Notes: generated by a model not told the origin, from the sequence alone. DNA of 16,674 bases from Candidatus Methanoperedens sp. (GCA_027460535.1 JAPZAR010000016.1:1-16674), one strand, 5' to 3'; positions 1-7,964 are shown, counted from the first letter of the stretch. Program-made: numbers and translations.

Positions 1-229
1 GAAGAGTGAATACATAATCATCGTTTCCATCTGAAAAAATCTGGATTTTATTATTTGGGAATGGGAGTTCCACTCTTGAGAAGAGTTTTTCGATCATTTC
101 TTTGCAGGTTTCCTGAGTCCATTTTCCGATAGAATACGCTAAAAAAAGGTATGAGCCTCTCTTTATACAACTGTAGATCCACGCATCACCTTCTTCATCT
201 GAATTTGGGCTTCCTTGCTTAACTTTTTT
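1..229 (-). CDS. Transposase DDE catalytic segment in the -1 frame (partial, open to the window edge)
   Basis: Hand translation from the poly-A tract in the -1 frame gives KKVKQGSPNSDEEGDAWIYSCIKRGSYLFLAYSIGKWTQETCKEMIEKLFSRVELPFPNNKIQIFSDGNDDYVFTL with no stop. GDAW..., GKWTxETC and SDGNDDY resemble the IS1 InsB-type second-Asp region. Confidence 0.7.
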
Positions 230-567
230 TTGTTTTTTTTAATTGTGGTCCACATCTCATCCACTTCAAATTGTCCTAATTTTATCTCATTTAGCAGGAT
301 ATCATTAACCATTTCAGCATGAAGTGCCAGTTCTTCAAGCAAACGACCAATAGTATCTCTATGAAAACCTGTAATACGTTCGATGCTTCTAATACCATTT
401 TTTTCAACAAGATGTTTGCAAATCTGGATTATGTCTTTTCTGGATAGATGTTTATGATATAGTGGTGTATTTGCTGTTTCAACAAACCAGGTACGGCAGT
501 GTTTCCACGTTTCAGTATGTCCTTTCCTTCTTCCTTCGAGAAATATTTGCAATCTGGATTCTGACAT
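163..567 (-). CDS. Transposase central segment (second half of Zn finger, helix-turn-helix, first catalytic Asp region)
   Basis: ORF-track protein contains CRTWFVETANTPLYHKHL, IRSIERITGFHRDTIGRLL (HTH-like) and FEVDEMWT (the D-E-x-W motif of IS1-type DDE transposases). It ends shortly after an A8-C-A8 tract. Confidence 0.75.
   Translation of the reverse strand: MSESRLQIFLEGRRKGHTETWKHCRTWFVETANTPLYHKHLSRKDIIQICKHLVEKNGIRSIERITGFHRDTIGRLLEELALHAEMVNDILLNEIKLGQFEVDEMWTTIKKNKKKLSKEAQIQMKKVMRGSTVV
223..229 (-). promoter_or_regulatory. A AAA AAG slippery heptamer in the transposase 0 frame; candidate programmed -1 ribosomal frameshift site
   Basis: The minus strand reads att aaa aaa aac aaa aaa aag tta. 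The heptamer a-aaa-aag (229-223) is in the X XXY YYZ register of the 0 frame. A -1 slip joins KKNKKK to VKQGSPNSDEEGDAW (the DDE domain). Confidence 0.5.
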
Positions 568-599
568 GCAATATCGATCTTACTTCTAGGTCTGGCCAT
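429..599 (-). CDS. Transposase N-terminal Zn-ribbon segment (56 aa, below the ORF-track size cutoff), out of frame with the following segment
   Basis: ATG at 599-597. Translation is MARPRSKIDIACQNPDCKYFSKEEGKDILKRGNTAVPGLLKQQIHHYIINIYPEKT. The CxxxxC-KYF-x-KEEGKDI-KRG pattern resembles the N-termini of archaeal IS1-like transposases as I remember them. After KRG the sensible sequence continues in the frame of ORF 163..567 (KHCRTWFVETANTPLY). Confidence 0.5.
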   Translation of the reverse strand: MARPRSKIDIACQNPDCKYFSKEEGKDILKRGNTAVPGLLKQQIHHYIINIYPEKT

Positions 600-647
600 T
601 AATACCACATAGTACTAATGGATTTTATACCATATATATTATGCGGT

Positions 648-2150
648 CTATTTGAGGACAATACCGATTTTTTTATTGGATTCATTTATGCAATCTACTT
701 CCCGATGAAATATGTCTGGCATATCTTCCCTTTTTACCAGGGGTTTAAGAGTCCCGTCGCCCGAAACCATGACCTTTGGAGTTCTTGGAAAAGAATTTGC
801 ATTTGATGAAAAAAAATCCGAATATGCACCGGTATCATAGAATAATAAATAATCTCCCCGTACTGGTTTCTTTATTAATTTATTTTTTATCCTGCAAAGA
901 AGATCCCCTGTAAAACATAAATTTCCCGCGACAAATGTTTCAAAGAGTTCTCCTTTTTCGATACAGTTTGCAATTTCTATCCTGTGTAGCTGTTCTGGGA
1001 CAGCAGTTCCAAAAGTATGTGAATTCACGCCGATATCTACATGAATGATGTTCTCTCCGCGTGGAGTTCTTGAGACATGACCAATTTTAGCAATGGTCAC
1101 ACCTGCATTCCCCACGATACTTCTCCCAGGTTCGATAACAAATTTTGGAGATCCGATTTCTTCCAATTTATCCCTGAAAGTCATATTTCCAGAAAATTTT
1201 TCATTAAACAATTTTTGGATGAATACATCTTGAGTGTATTCGATTGAAAGTTCCTCCCCGATCCATTCCATATCATCCGATTTTGAATCATATTCATATC
1301 CTATGAATTCATTAGCCCATGAATAATTTTCCATTCTCGTATTTTTGATTTTCTTTTTAATGTTATCCCAATCTTCCCGGTCAAAATAATGGATGCCAAG
1401 ACCCCCTCCCATATCGATCTCATTTATGTCGAAACCTATTTTTTGTGCATCTTTTGACAGATGGATGATGGCATCAAGAACAATATAATATGCCTGAATA
1501 TTTGTTATCTGAGAACCCAGATGGACCATTAATCCATTGGGTTCCAACATATCCAGATCAAGGACTTTTTGGAACACAGAATTTATGTGTTTAATATCAA
1601 TCCCAAACTTACTCCATTCACTGGATGTTGAAATCGCTCGGGAGGTTATATGCTTCACCGGGAATCCTGAAAGCCGCAGGTTTATTTTTGCAAAAATTCC
1701 TAACTCTCCGGCAATCGTATTGATTACCTCTAATTCTTCTTCAGGATCTACATTTATCAATATTCTTTTTTTTATGCATTCCTCCAGATAGGAATCACTC
1801 TTGCAATTCCCATTTGCCCTTATTTTCTCTGACGGAATTCCAGCTTTTAGCGCTAATTCCAGCTCATACTCTGAAGCAACATCTGCTCCGGCACCCAATC
1901 GGGCAAGAAGGTTAAGAACGTAATAACTTGTGTTAGCTTTAACCGCATAGCAGATGAGATGATCTTTGTACTCCCTGTCAAGACTTTCCTTGTACTTGTT
2001 ATAATTTTCCATTATAATATCTTCGAATAAGATGAACAACGGCGTACCGTATTTTTCGGCCACCTCAACCATATCTACACCGTATATCATGCGATGATTT
2101 TTTTCTGTTTTACCAATATACTTTTTCCACTGTCCTTTTTCCTCGATCAT
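648..2150 (-). CDS. Fold-type III PLP-dependent decarboxylase (Orn/DAP/Arg decarboxylase family), substrate unknown
   Basis: 500-aa ORF with the PLP-lysine motif CYAVKAN, plus GGGLGIHY, EPGRSIVG and C-terminal NLCFTGD motifs. An insertion of about 45-60 aa lies between GGGLGI and EPGRS relative to DAP decarboxylases as I recall them. It is the last gene of the minus-strand operon. Confidence 0.8.
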   Translation of the reverse strand: MIEEKGQWKKYIGKTEKNHRMIYGVDMVEVAEKYGTPLFILFEDIIMENYNKYKESLDREYKDHLICYAVKANTSYYVLNLLARLGAGADVASEYELELALKAGIPSEKIRANGNCKSDSYLEECIKKRILINVDPEEELEVINTIAGELGIFAKINLRLSGFPVKHITSRAISTSSEWSKFGIDIKHINSVFQKVLDLDMLEPNGLMVHLGSQITNIQAYYIVLDAIIHLSKDAQKIGFDINEIDMGGGLGIHYFDREDWDNIKKKIKNTRMENYSWANEFIGYEYDSKSDDMEWIGEELSIEYTQDVFIQKLFNEKFSGNMTFRDKLEEIGSPKFVIEPGRSIVGNAGVTIAKIGHVSRTPRGENIIHVDIGVNSHTFGTAVPEQLHRIEIANCIEKGELFETFVAGNLCFTGDLLCRIKNKLIKKPVRGDYLLFYDTGAYSDFFSSNANSFPRTPKVMVSGDGTLKPLVKREDMPDIFHREVDCINESNKKIGIVLK

Positions 2151-2213
2151 GTTAAAAATCCCTTCAACGTAAGTAAATCATTAGACCTTATGTAAATGAA
2201 AGCCCATATTATA

Positions 2214-2489
2214 TCATCCATACTTATAAAACACCCCATACCCCCCTCTTGGATAATTGAAATCTACCACGCCTTTTGGACAGGCGAACTTGCAGCTTCC
2301 GCACTCGATACATCCCTCATAATCATGTTTTATCTTTCCGTCTTCAAGGGTAAACCTGTTCGCAGGACAGAAATAAAGGCATGTTTTTTCATCGCACTCG
2401 CCACATAAACTGGTATCTACTTTGATATGCCGTTCCTTGTCAACCTCAAAGCTAACAAGCCCGAGCCGCTCTTCAATACTAATATTCAT
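2214..2489 (-). CDS. fixX: FixX-type ferredoxin-like protein
   Basis: 91 aa with Cys clusters CGECDEKTCLYFCP and CIECGSCKFACP, and the characteristic C-terminus YPRGGYGVFYKYG. Its start overlaps the fixC stop by 4 nt. Confidence 0.85.
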   Translation of the reverse strand: MNISIEERLGLVSFEVDKERHIKVDTSLCGECDEKTCLYFCPANRFTLEDGKIKHDYEGCIECGSCKFACPKGVVDFNYPRGGYGVFYKYG

Positions 2490-3749
2490 AGCGCTCTCAA
2501 ACCTTTTAATACATCAAGTATCATATTCGTTCTATTACCTTTTGTTCCTTCCAAGAGTTCATCAAATGCTCGTTTCTTTGCTCCGTCCACAGCCCAGAGT
2601 TTATAGAAAAGCTTGCATGCCATCTCTGGATACAATGTGTACAGCCTATCATTCTGCAAAAATTCCGATACTTTTTTAAATGTAGCGATATCTTTGAGGA
2701 CGAAATCCTTTCTCAGCAGGTCTTCATAATATGAAAGGCATTCCTTTGAAAAATCATTTTTTCCCATAGCATTTTTCACTGCTTCAGCAGCAGCTGCTCC
2801 AGAAGCAATGGCCATATCCATTCCCCGCAGCGTAATACCGCTATTTACCACGAGGCCGCCAGCATCCCCAACAACAAGCATTCCATCAGTGAAAAGCCCA
2901 CTTCGCGAGGTCTCAGGGATAACATGTGCAGAATATTCCAGTATTTTACCACCTTCTATCAGTTTTGCGACAACTGGATTCTCGTTGAACTCCCTTATTA
3001 TATCGTGTGAATCTATTTTCTTTTCAATGAGCCGGTCAATATACACCACTATTCCCACAGAAAGGCTTGTTTTGTTGGTGTAAATGAAGCCTCCTCCCGG
3101 TATCTCCTTTGTGCACTGACCAACAAAAAGCTGCGCTGCACCTTCTTCATGTGCAAGATTGAACCTGTCTTCAATGGTTTTCTCTGGCAGTTCTATTATC
3201 TCCTTCATACCTAGCGCGAATTGTTTTACTTCAAATTTCTTTAACCCCGCTTTCTCTGCCATAAGGGATACCGCTCCGTCCGCAGCGATAACCACATTCG
3301 CTTCAATTTCATCCTCACCTGCAATTATGCCTGCGACTTTTTTTTCTCTCCATAGAAGATCATCCACTCTGATGTTCGGCACGAGCGTGGCTCCTGCTTC
3401 CACGGCCTTGTTCGCGAACCATTGATCAAACTTCGCCCTGAGTGGTGAAGCTGTTCGGTGGCTCCCGAAACTCCCCGTCCAGAAAATCCAGGGTAACAGA
3501 GGCCTCATTGCACAGGAATGTGAGTTTTTCTCGAGTAACCATCCTCTCTATGGGAGCTTCTTTCCAGAAGCCAGGTATGAGACGATTTAAAGCATGCGCG
3601 TACATTCTCCCACCCATCACATTCTTGGCTCCAGGGTACTTGCCCCTCTCCACTATCAGCGCGTTAAAACCCATCTTTGCAAGTGAATAGGCGGCTGCAG
3701 AGCCTCCTGGGCCTGCTCCTACGATTATAACGTCGAATTTTTCAGTCAT
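2486..3749 (-). pseudogene. fixC: FixC-type electron-transfer-flavoprotein:quinone oxidoreductase flavoprotein, interrupted by a +1 frame change near 3443
   Basis: The N-terminal ORF 3426..3749 (MTEKFDVIIVGAGPGGSAAAY, FAD GxGxxG) ends at ...PPNSFTTQGEV*. The continuation LRAKFDQWFANKAVEAGA... is in ORF 2486..3508. Junction on the minus strand: agc ttc acc a|ctc agg gcg. E. coli FixC has SYSVLRSKFDAW at this point. Confidence 0.8.
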
Positions 3750-3759
3750 ATCCTGAAAA

Positions 3760-4536
3760 TCATATACCTTTAAACACGGGCTTTCTTTTCTCCAGAAAAG
3801 CGTTTATGCCTTCACGATGATCTTGGGTATTAAAACACTCTGAAAAGGAAACTGCTTCTCTCTCAAGCATTTCTTTAATCATCTGATTTTCATTGATCAG
3901 TTTTTTTGCCAGCTTAACAGCTACCGGCCCTCTGTGGGCAATGATATCTGCCATCTCCAGAGCCTTCTCCATCAGTTCTTCATCCTTTACTACTTTATTC
4001 ACAATGCCGATAGCTTCTGCCTCTGTTGCATCCATAATTTTCCCTGTCAGGATCATTTCTTTGGCTTTTCCTATACCCACCAGTCTGGTGAGTCGCTGTG
4101 TTCCCCCAAATCCCGGGATGAGGGCAAGATTTACTTCGGGCTGACCGAATTTCGCATTCTCGCCTGCTATCCTTATATCGCAGGCAAGAGCTAATTCACA
4201 TCCACCGCCAAAAGCATAGCCGCTGATCGCTGCAATAACCGGCTTCTCCAGATTCTCCAATTGATTGAACAACCTGTTTCCAAAATCAGAAAAAGCCTTC
4301 GCCTCTTTTGCAGTAAACTCTTTCATCTTCTTAACGTTCGCGCCTGCGCTGAAATTTTTATCTCCGGTTATAATTAAAACCCGTATCTTTTCGTCCTTCC
4401 CAAGTTCATTAAGAAGATCCTCAAGGTCATGCAGCATTGTTGAATCAAGGATGTTAAGACCATCAGATTTTTTCAGCGTAATAATGCCCACTTCATTTTT
4501 CTTTTCCACGTATATGTGTTCATTTCTGGTATTCAT
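3760..4536 (-). CDS. Enoyl-CoA hydratase (crotonase family)
   Basis: Both catalytic Glu contexts are present ([11 protein letters not shown] and [20 protein letters not shown]), and the ORF is full length. I prefer the internal ATG at 4536 ([13 protein letters not shown]...). The ORF-track start at 4572 lies inside the restored 3' end of hbd. Confidence 0.85.
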   Translation of the reverse strand: MNTRNEHIYVEKKNEVGIITLKKSDGLNILDSTMLHDLEDLLNELGKDEKIRVLIITGDKNFSAGANVKKMKEFTAKEAKAFSDFGNRLFNQLENLEKPVIAAISGYAFGGGCELALACDIRIAGENAKFGQPEVNLALIPGFGGTQRLTRLVGIGKAKEMILTGKIMDATEAEAIGIVNKVVKDEELMEKALEMADIIAHRGPVAVKLAKKLINENQMIKEMLEREAVSFSECFNTQDHREGINAFLEKRKPVFKGI

Positions 4537-5285
4537 AGAATCCTTCTCCGGTTTTTCTCCCAAGCTTTCCACCCGCGACCATTTTTCGAAGCAGTGGACA
4601 TGGCCTGTACTTCACCTAAATCGCCATGAAGAACCTCAAGTTTATCAAGACAGATATCCAGACCCACCAGGTCTGCAAGTTCAAGAGGCCCCATCGGATG
4701 GTTAGCCCCAAGTTTCATGATACTGTCAATACTCTCCCGTGATGCAATCCCTTCATGAAGGCAATATAAGGCATCGTTTATCATTGGCATTAGTACACGG
4801 TTTGAAACAAACCCCGGCGAATCATAACCACTTCTACGAGCTTCATCACGTACGCCGGGTTCATGAAATGCATACCGGCGAACTTCTCTTTTCTCTCTGT
4901 AACCTGAGCAAGCCGTGTGATCGATATGGAAGAGGTATTTGTAGTGAAAATAGTTCCTTTTGCGCATATGGTATCCAATTCTTTGAAAATCTGCTTTTTT
5001 ACATCCTCTTTTTCTACAACAGCCTCGATTAAGGTCAGCATCTTTACAATCTTCCAGGTTTGCAATAGTCTTAATATTCGAAATGATCCTATCCTTCTCG
5101 ATGCGTTCAAGCTTCCCTTCGACAACCCTCTTTTCCAGTCTTTCTTTTATTCTGGCGAATCCCGCGCTCACGTATTCCTCGCTCACGTCTTCCATAACGA
5201 CTTCATAGCCGCTCTGCCCAGCTGCCTGGGCTATTCCGCCTCCCATGGTCCCGGCACCTATTACACCTATTTTTTTAATTTCCAT
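4520..5285 (-). pseudogene. hbd: 3-hydroxyacyl-CoA dehydrogenase carrying three lesions (two +1 frame changes and an internal deletion of roughly 80 nt)
   Basis: The N-terminus MEIKKIGVIGAGTMGGGIAQ...DCKDADL is in ORF 4533..5285. The middle IEAVVEKEDVKKQIFKELD...FAGMHFMNPAYVMKLVEVV is in ORF 4790..5125. DSPGFVSNRVLMPMINDA...MKLGANHPMGPLELADLVGLD returns to the first frame. The C-terminus [29 protein letters not shown] (hand translation) is in another frame and ends at 4520. Confidence 0.8.
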
Positions 5286-5292
5286 GAGTACC

Positions 5293-6464
5293 TCATTTTA
5301 ATGATAAATGGGCAATTAAAAGCCTTAAAATATCAGAAGTCCCCTCACCGATAGTTAGCAATCTTGCATCTCTCCAGTGTCGGTGTATATCATATTCGTC
5401 CGTATACCCATAACCCCCATGGATATGTATCGCCTTATCGCATACTTTCAATGCCATCTCTGTAGAAAAGAGCTTGGCCTGCGTAACTTCAGAAACAATA
5501 TTTTTTCCTTTATCTTTTAAGTGGGCTGCATAATAGGTGAGAAGCCTTGCAGCATTTATCTCGGTTATCATATCAGCCAGTTTCTCCTGTACGAGTTGGT
5601 ACTCTGAAATGTCATTTCCAAAGGCTGATCTGTCCTTGCTGTATGAAAGAGCTTTTTTTCATAAGCTGCCTGCGCTATCCAAATAGCGATTACAGCGATT
5701 GTAATCCTCCCTGAATTCAGGATATGTTTTACATATTCAAGTCCTTTTCCCTCTTCTCCAAGAAGATCTTCTTTTGGAACTGTGCAGTTGTCAAGATGTA
5801 CCTCGGACAACCTGTGACCCCGAAACCCGAGTTTCGGAATAACTTTCGCCACATTAAAACCTGAGGTTTTCCGCGAAACAAGGAACGATGAGATCCCTTT
5901 TTCAGTTCTTGCAAATAGTAAAATAAAATCTGCTTCTCCCGGACTTGTTATTAATGTCTTAGTGCCGTTTAAGATATAATTATTTCCCGAAAGTTGAGCT
6001 CTTGTCTGGATTGAATTTGCATCCGAACCGCAGCAGGGCTCAGTGAGTGCGAAAGCTGCCAGATTTCTCCCCTCAGCCAGACCGTTTTCTTTAAGGAATT
6101 TTTTTTTCTGTTTATCATCCCCAAAAAGCCTTATGCCTTCACACACCATTCCCTGTATAGAAACCTGCAGGGCTGTATTTGCACAGGCTTTCGCCAACAT
6201 TTCCAGCGCTGCGATGTATACAGGATATGGGAGTCCTAAACCATTGTAATCCTGAGGAAAAGGAATAGCCATGATTCCCTGTCTAGCTACTTTTTCTAAA
6301 TTCTGTCTAGGGAATATTTCTTCCTGATCTATCTTTTTTGCAGATGGCATTATTTCCCTCTCCACGAAATCACCTATAGATCCAAGTATCAAATTATATT
6401 CCCCGGCATCAGCAAAGAGCATCTCCATTACGTTTTTCATATCTTTTATATAATACATTTTCAC
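5293..6464 (-). pseudogene. Acyl-CoA dehydrogenase (short/medium-chain type) split by a frame change in an A7 homopolymer
   Basis: ORF 5568..6464 carries the N-terminal and middle domains (ALTEPCCGSDA, GRITIAVIAIWIAQAAYEK). After the A7 run (plus T7 at 5653-5659), the frame of ORF 5293..5571 reads KALSYSKDRSAFGNDISEYQLVQEKLADMITEINAARLL...IHGGYGY...TIGEGTSDILR. The likely true start is ATG at 6458, preceded by GGAGAGGTGA. This could be a homopolymer sequencing error. Confidence 0.75.
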
Positions 6465-7627
6465 CTCTCCACGATCATCGCCACGGCATTCCCTCCACCA
6501 AGACAGAGGGTAGCCAGTCCCCTTCTAAGTCCTCTTTCCTTCATAGCATATAGCAGCGTTACAAGTATCCTTGCGCCGCTGCACCCTATTGGATGCCCAA
6601 GTGCAACAGCCCCGCCATTCACATTGAATTTTTCTGGAGTAATGTTCAATTCTCGCATTATCGTAATAGAAGCAGAGGCATAGGCTTCGTTATGCTCGAC
6701 AAGGTCAATGTCATCCATTGTAAAGCCGGTCATTGAGAGCAGTTTTTTCACCGTGGGTATTGGGGCTTCCATCACATCCTCTGGTTTTGTTCCTCCAGTT
6801 GCATAACCTATTATTCTGGCAAGAGGTTTTACTCCCATCTCATCAGCTTTTCTCTCTGATGTCACCACAAGAGCGGCAGCGCCATCGCTGATCTGGGAAC
6901 TGTTGCCAGCAGTAAGAATCCCGTCTTTTTTAAAAACAGGCGGGAGTTTGGTAAGTTTCTCCAAAGAGGTGTCATCCCTCACACCCTCGTCCTTATCAAT
7001 CGCCTCGCCTTGAACTTCAAAAGGGATTATCTCCTCTTTGAATTTTCCGCTATCGATTGCACGTTTGGCCTTTTGATGGCTTCCAAGAGCGAATTCATCC
7101 GCCTCTTCTCTCGTTATGCCGTATTTCTCGGCTATTCTTTCTCCGGTAATCCCCATATGATAGTTGTTATATACGTCCCATAAGCCGTCATACACCATCG
7201 TGTCTGTAATTGATGCATCTCCAAACTTCATACCCCATCGAAGGCTTCTGATCAAATGCGGGGCTGAACTCATATTCTCCATACCTCCAGCGACGATTAT
7301 GTTGGCATCGCCAGCTCTGATGGATTGCGCCGCGAGCATGATTGCTTTGAGTCCTGAGCCGCATACTTTGTTTATAGTCAAAGAACCGATTTCAGGCGGA
7401 AGTCCTGCATATATCGCAGCCTGTCGTGCAGGATTCTGTCCCAGACCTGCTGAAATCACATTGCCCATGATAACTTCCTCAACTTCATGCATCTGAATGC
7501 ATGCTCTATTTACAGCTTCTTTTATGACCTTGGCACCTAGCTCTTGGGCTGGTACATCCTTAAATGCGCGGCCGAACTTGCCTACAGCCGTTCTTACACC
7601 GCTTACTAGAACAACTTCTTCAGGCAT
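6461..7627 (-). CDS. Acetyl-CoA C-acetyltransferase (thiolase II type), intact
   Basis: 388 aa with the nucleophile motif NKVCGSGLKA, plus VEHNEAYAS, GHPIGCSGARI and CLGGGNAVAMIVE. It is the first gene of the operon, and its stop overlaps the next ORF. Confidence 0.9.
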   Translation of the reverse strand: MPEEVVLVSGVRTAVGKFGRAFKDVPAQELGAKVIKEAVNRACIQMHEVEEVIMGNVISAGLGQNPARQAAIYAGLPPEIGSLTINKVCGSGLKAIMLAAQSIRAGDANIIVAGGMENMSSAPHLIRSLRWGMKFGDASITDTMVYDGLWDVYNNYHMGITGERIAEKYGITREEADEFALGSHQKAKRAIDSGKFKEEIIPFEVQGEAIDKDEGVRDDTSLEKLTKLPPVFKKDGILTAGNSSQISDGAAALVVTSERKADEMGVKPLARIIGYATGGTKPEDVMEAPIPTVKKLLSMTGFTMDDIDLVEHNEAYASASITIMRELNITPEKFNVNGGAVALGHPIGCSGARILVTLLYAMKERGLRRGLATLCLGGGNAVAMIVER

Positions 7628-7674
7628 TAGTTATCACAACCGACACTTTTCCACGCACCTCATAATTTACGTTG

Positions 7675-7697
7675 ATTAATTATAGTTATTAATTATA
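7675..7697. promoter_or_regulatory. Two copies of ATTAATTATA separated by 3 nt, nested in the TTGAT...ATCAA inverted repeat (7672-7703), in the divergent intergenic region
   Basis: Read directly from the sequence: gTTGATTAATTATAgttATTAATTATAcATCAA, located 48-70 nt upstream of the thiolase start codon (7627). These are TATA-like or operator-like; their function is not demonstrated. Confidence 0.35.
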
Positions 7698-7964
7698 CAT
7701 CAATTTTTGGATGCTAAGATTATTAAAGGTGATAACGCGAGTGAATTGGAGACATTCAAACCAAAGAGAAGCAGATGGAACACCCGAAATCATTTTCATT
7801 AAAAACGCAACCTTAATTTATGGACGAATCATATTGATATACAGTATCTTTTAAGAAGGATTGTATTTCATAATTACTTTCATTAAGAAGGAGACCATAG
7901 AAAAATCTCTGGATGGGTTCAGGAAGGTCCAGAATTTTTTCAGCAACACTTCCAAAAGAATAGA

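Larger units (their letters stand above)
1..647 (-). mobile_element. Partial IS element with an IS1-like DDE transposase gene; continues beyond the left edge of the window
   Basis: Hand translation of the minus strand gives three consecutive transposase segments in different frames: Zn-ribbon 599-429, HTH 567-163, and DDE part 229-1. The inner boundary (somewhere in 600-647) is inferred only from the 48-nt gap to the neighbouring stop codon. No terminal inverted repeat could be checked because the other end is outside the window. Confidence 0.7.

Noticed and set aside
618-806. 62-aa plus-strand ORF overlapping the 3' end of the decarboxylase gene
   Set aside because: It is antisense to a strongly supported CDS, and its sequence is hydrophobic with no recognisable motifs.
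3426-5040. Programmed +1 ribosomal frameshifting or transcript editing as an explanation for the three +1 frame changes in fixC and hbd
   Set aside because: The three junctions (acc a ctc, ctt a atc, gaa g tac) share no sequence motif. There is no in-frame stop or rare hungry codon at the shift sites. hbd also has an internal deletion of about 80 nt that recoding cannot repair.
4790-5125. ORF-track entry 4790..5125 (111 aa) as an independent gene
   Set aside because: Its sequence (IEAVVEKEDVKKQIFKELD...FAGMHFMNPAYVMKLVEVV) is the middle of the 3-hydroxyacyl-CoA dehydrogenase, displaced by a frame change. It is not a separate gene.
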